DNA from: a virus
Lineage: Duplodnaviria; Heunggongvirae; Uroviricota; Caudoviricetes
Virus record (IMG/VR): IMGVR_UViG_3300042890_004094
DNA: 18,785 nt
Direction: 5' to 3' (one strand)
In this document: piece by piece, positions 17,285 through 18,785 of the stretch
How positions within the stretch are numbered: position 1 is the stretch's first letter
Layout: every line of letters starts with the position of its first letter
Program-made: the position numbers and the translations under genes
Notes under the pieces: generated by a model
Databases searched by the model: none
Seen by the model: only the letters and a program-made list of their open reading frames with translations
What the model was told of the DNA's origin: nothing

Positions 17285-17704
17285 CTATTTATTTATCATT
17301 TTAACGACTTCCATAAAAGCACGTTCTGTTCCTTTTATTACATATTCGTATAAACCAAACGCATTTACTTCTGTAGGAGATTCATCATAGAATTTTATAT
17401 TATTCAAAATCTCATCAATATCATTTCTAAACTTTAAGTAGAAATCATATATATCAGAATCATTTATAAATCCTTCAACTTTAACATCTTCTGGGTTCTT
17501 TTCAAATGATTCAATAAATGATTTTAATTCACCACCACTTTTTTGAATAGTATTTTCAATCATTTTATTGATCTCTTCTTTAACTTCGGTATATTTAGAA
17601 TCATCTAAAGATTTAATACCTTCTGATTCTACTGGTGTTTCAGTTTGAACCTGAGTTGTTGGCTCATCTGCTTCGTTTATAAACTGTGAATATTTCTTTA
17701 TCAT
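17285..17704 (-). CDS. 139-aa acidic helical protein; candidate internal head protein with a T4-type capsid-targeting/propeptide N-terminus
   Basis: The N-terminus MIKKYSQFINEA resembles T4 IPII/IPIII MKTYQEFIAE(A). It is followed by a flexible E/T/P-rich linker. The gene has its own upstream motif and downstream terminator. Confidence 0.7.
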   Translation of the reverse strand: MIKKYSQFINEADEPTTQVQTETPVESEGIKSLDDSKYTEVKEEINKMIENTIQKSGGELKSFIESFEKNPEDVKVEGFINDSDIYDFYLKFRNDIDEILNNIKFYDESPTEVNAFGLYEYVIKGTERAFMEVVKMINK

Positions 17705-17707
17705 ATA

Positions 17708-17719
17708 CTATATATTAAA
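17708..17719 (-). promoter_or_regulatory. Candidate phage late promoter TTTAATATATAG
   Basis: Lies 3 nt upstream of the ATG at 17704. Confidence 0.55.
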
Positions 17720-17733
17720 TTTAAAATATAATT

Positions 17734-18785
17734 TTAACTCCATTTTGCTTTTTCTCCAAAAGTACCATCATACCAGATACCTCCTTGCCAGTATCCAGTT
17801 TCAAAAATACCGTTTGTCCAAATACCTGATCTCCAATCAGTATTTCTAAATCTGCTAATAACTCTCATCTTTGTTTCAACACCATCTATATTTTGAGTAT
17901 AAGAATCATCATTATAATTAGTAATATTATCAGAATCAAAATAGATTCTAGTTGTTTTATTATCTAAATCTGGATTTTCGGCATAAAGTATTTTATATCT
18001 TTCTCTTCTAAAATAAGAGCTGTAGAATAAACCACTAGATGAAAGTTGTGGCTCTTTAGGAACAATAGTAATCTCATCTCCTATATTAAATCTAAATACT
18101 CCATTTAATGTTAAATAAGAATTATCTTGACCAACTTTAATCTTTATTATTTGTATTTCTTCTGATATACCACCATACCAAACCCCTGATTTAAAATCGA
18201 TATTATAGAAAATACCACCATATACGTCACCAGAATACCAGTTACCAGTATACCATATTGAATACTTATGTGATAAGGAAACTTGAGGTTCATCATTATT
18301 ATCTAGTATCATTCTTGAATAAAAGCTTCCACTTAACCACTGACCACCATGCCAAATCGCGGTTCTGCTATTAAATGCTTTTGTTCCAAATCTAGATAAA
18401 CCATTTTTTTCCTCAAAAATACCATTATACCACATGCCATTCTCAAAATCTCCGCCACTCCATTTACCATTGATCCAAAATGTTGGATCATTGTTGCAGT
18501 TCAGTATACCGTCATTCCAAGTACCTGTTATCCAAATTCCACCAGAGAATTCACCATCATTCCAAGTACCATCATTCCAAGTACCTTTATACCAATCACC
18601 TGTATTCCAAGTACCGCCATACCATCTTCCATCAACCCAAACACCATCATTCCAAGTACCATCATACCATCTTCCAGAAAACCAAGTTGATAAAGATTTA
18701 TCTGAAGTGTTGTTAGCAACTTCAACAGATATTAAATTATCTTTAATTTTTTTAGCATTCCAAGTACCACCATACCAGTCTCCTG
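17734..18785 (-). CDS. Partial CDS (5' end outside window): G-x-[WF]-x-x pentapeptide-repeat (beta-solenoid-like) protein
   Basis: The ORF track starts at internal Met 18435, but the frame is open to the window edge (349 aa in window). My upstream translation includes STWFS-GRWYD-GTWND-GVWVD-GRWYG-GTWNT-GDWYK-GTWND-GTWND-GEFSG-GIWIT-GTWND. Confidence 0.85.
   Translation of the reverse strand, partial: GDWYGGTWNAKKIKDNLISVEVANNTSDKSLSTWFSGRWYDGTWNDGVWVDGRWYGGTWNTGDWYKGTWNDGTWNDGEFSGGIWITGTWNDGILNCNNDPTFWINGKWSGGDFENGMWYNGIFEEKNGLSRFGTKAFNSRTAIWHGGQWLSGSFYSRMILDNNDEPQVSLSHKYSIWYTGNWYSGDVYGGIFYNIDFKSGVWYGGISEEIQIIKIKVGQDNSYLTLNGVFRFNIGDEITIVPKEPQLSSSGLFYSSYFRRERYKILYAENPDLDNKTTRIYFDSDNITNYNDDSYTQNIDGVETKMRVISRFRNTDWRSGIWTNGIFETGYWQGGIWYDGTFGEKAKWS

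Larger units (their letters stand above)
1..18785 (-). other. Virion structural/fibre gene cluster of a large tailed bacteriophage
   Basis: All genes are co-oriented and tightly packed. The cluster has several collagen-like and beta-helix fibres, a T4-CTS-like N-terminus, intrinsic terminators (one with a UUCG loop), a TAATG stop/start overlap and a repeated AT-rich upstream motif. No housekeeping genes are present. Confidence 0.8.

Noticed and set aside
18480-18725. ORFs 18480-18716 (+) and 18528-18725 (-), and the Met at 18435 as the gene start
   Set aside because: The two ORFs are shadows of the 15-bp-period pentapeptide gene. The real frame stays open past 18435 to the window edge.
1-18785. 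Eukaryotic giant virus or bacterial chromosome origin
   Set aside because: The UUCG/U-tract terminators, coupled starts and T4-CTS-like motif argue against a giant virus, and the lack of signal peptides or cellular genes argues against a chromosomal surface-protein locus. This is not formally excluded without the rest of the contig.

Overview
This is an AT-rich, gene-dense window with 12 CDSs, all on the minus strand; two run off the window edges. It looks like the virion-structure/fibre module of a large (jumbo/huge-type) tailed phage using the standard genetic code, since TAA and TAG both act as stops. In transcription order (right to left): a G-x-[WF]-x-x pentapeptide-repeat protein (5' end outside the window); a small acidic protein whose N-terminus resembles the T4 capsid-targeting sequence; an 897-aa probable structural protein; a 381-aa multi-domain protein; a 617-aa collagen-like fibre; a 1107-aa protein with 21 delta-60 repeats; a 77-aa acidic protein; a 1285-aa fibre/spike with a pectin-lyase-like beta-helix; a 952-aa fibre with long (GTDGTS)n tracts; an 81-aa mini-collagen; a 139-aa Thr-rich protein; and the start of an AbfB/GH54-N-terminal-like (LamG-type) protein. 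The most notable signals are (i) a shared ~80-95-aa module, gaplessly alignable over a 47-aa core, present four times in three proteins (a possible fibre docking system), (ii) a TTTWATATATA motif in five intergenic regions plus a partial sixth (candidate late promoter, in three cases only 3-4 nt before the ATG), and (iii) extensive module shuffling among the fibres. No rRNA, tRNA, CRISPR array, integrase, transposase or reverse transcriptase was seen. No database searches were run, so all family assignments come from motif recognition and hand alignment.
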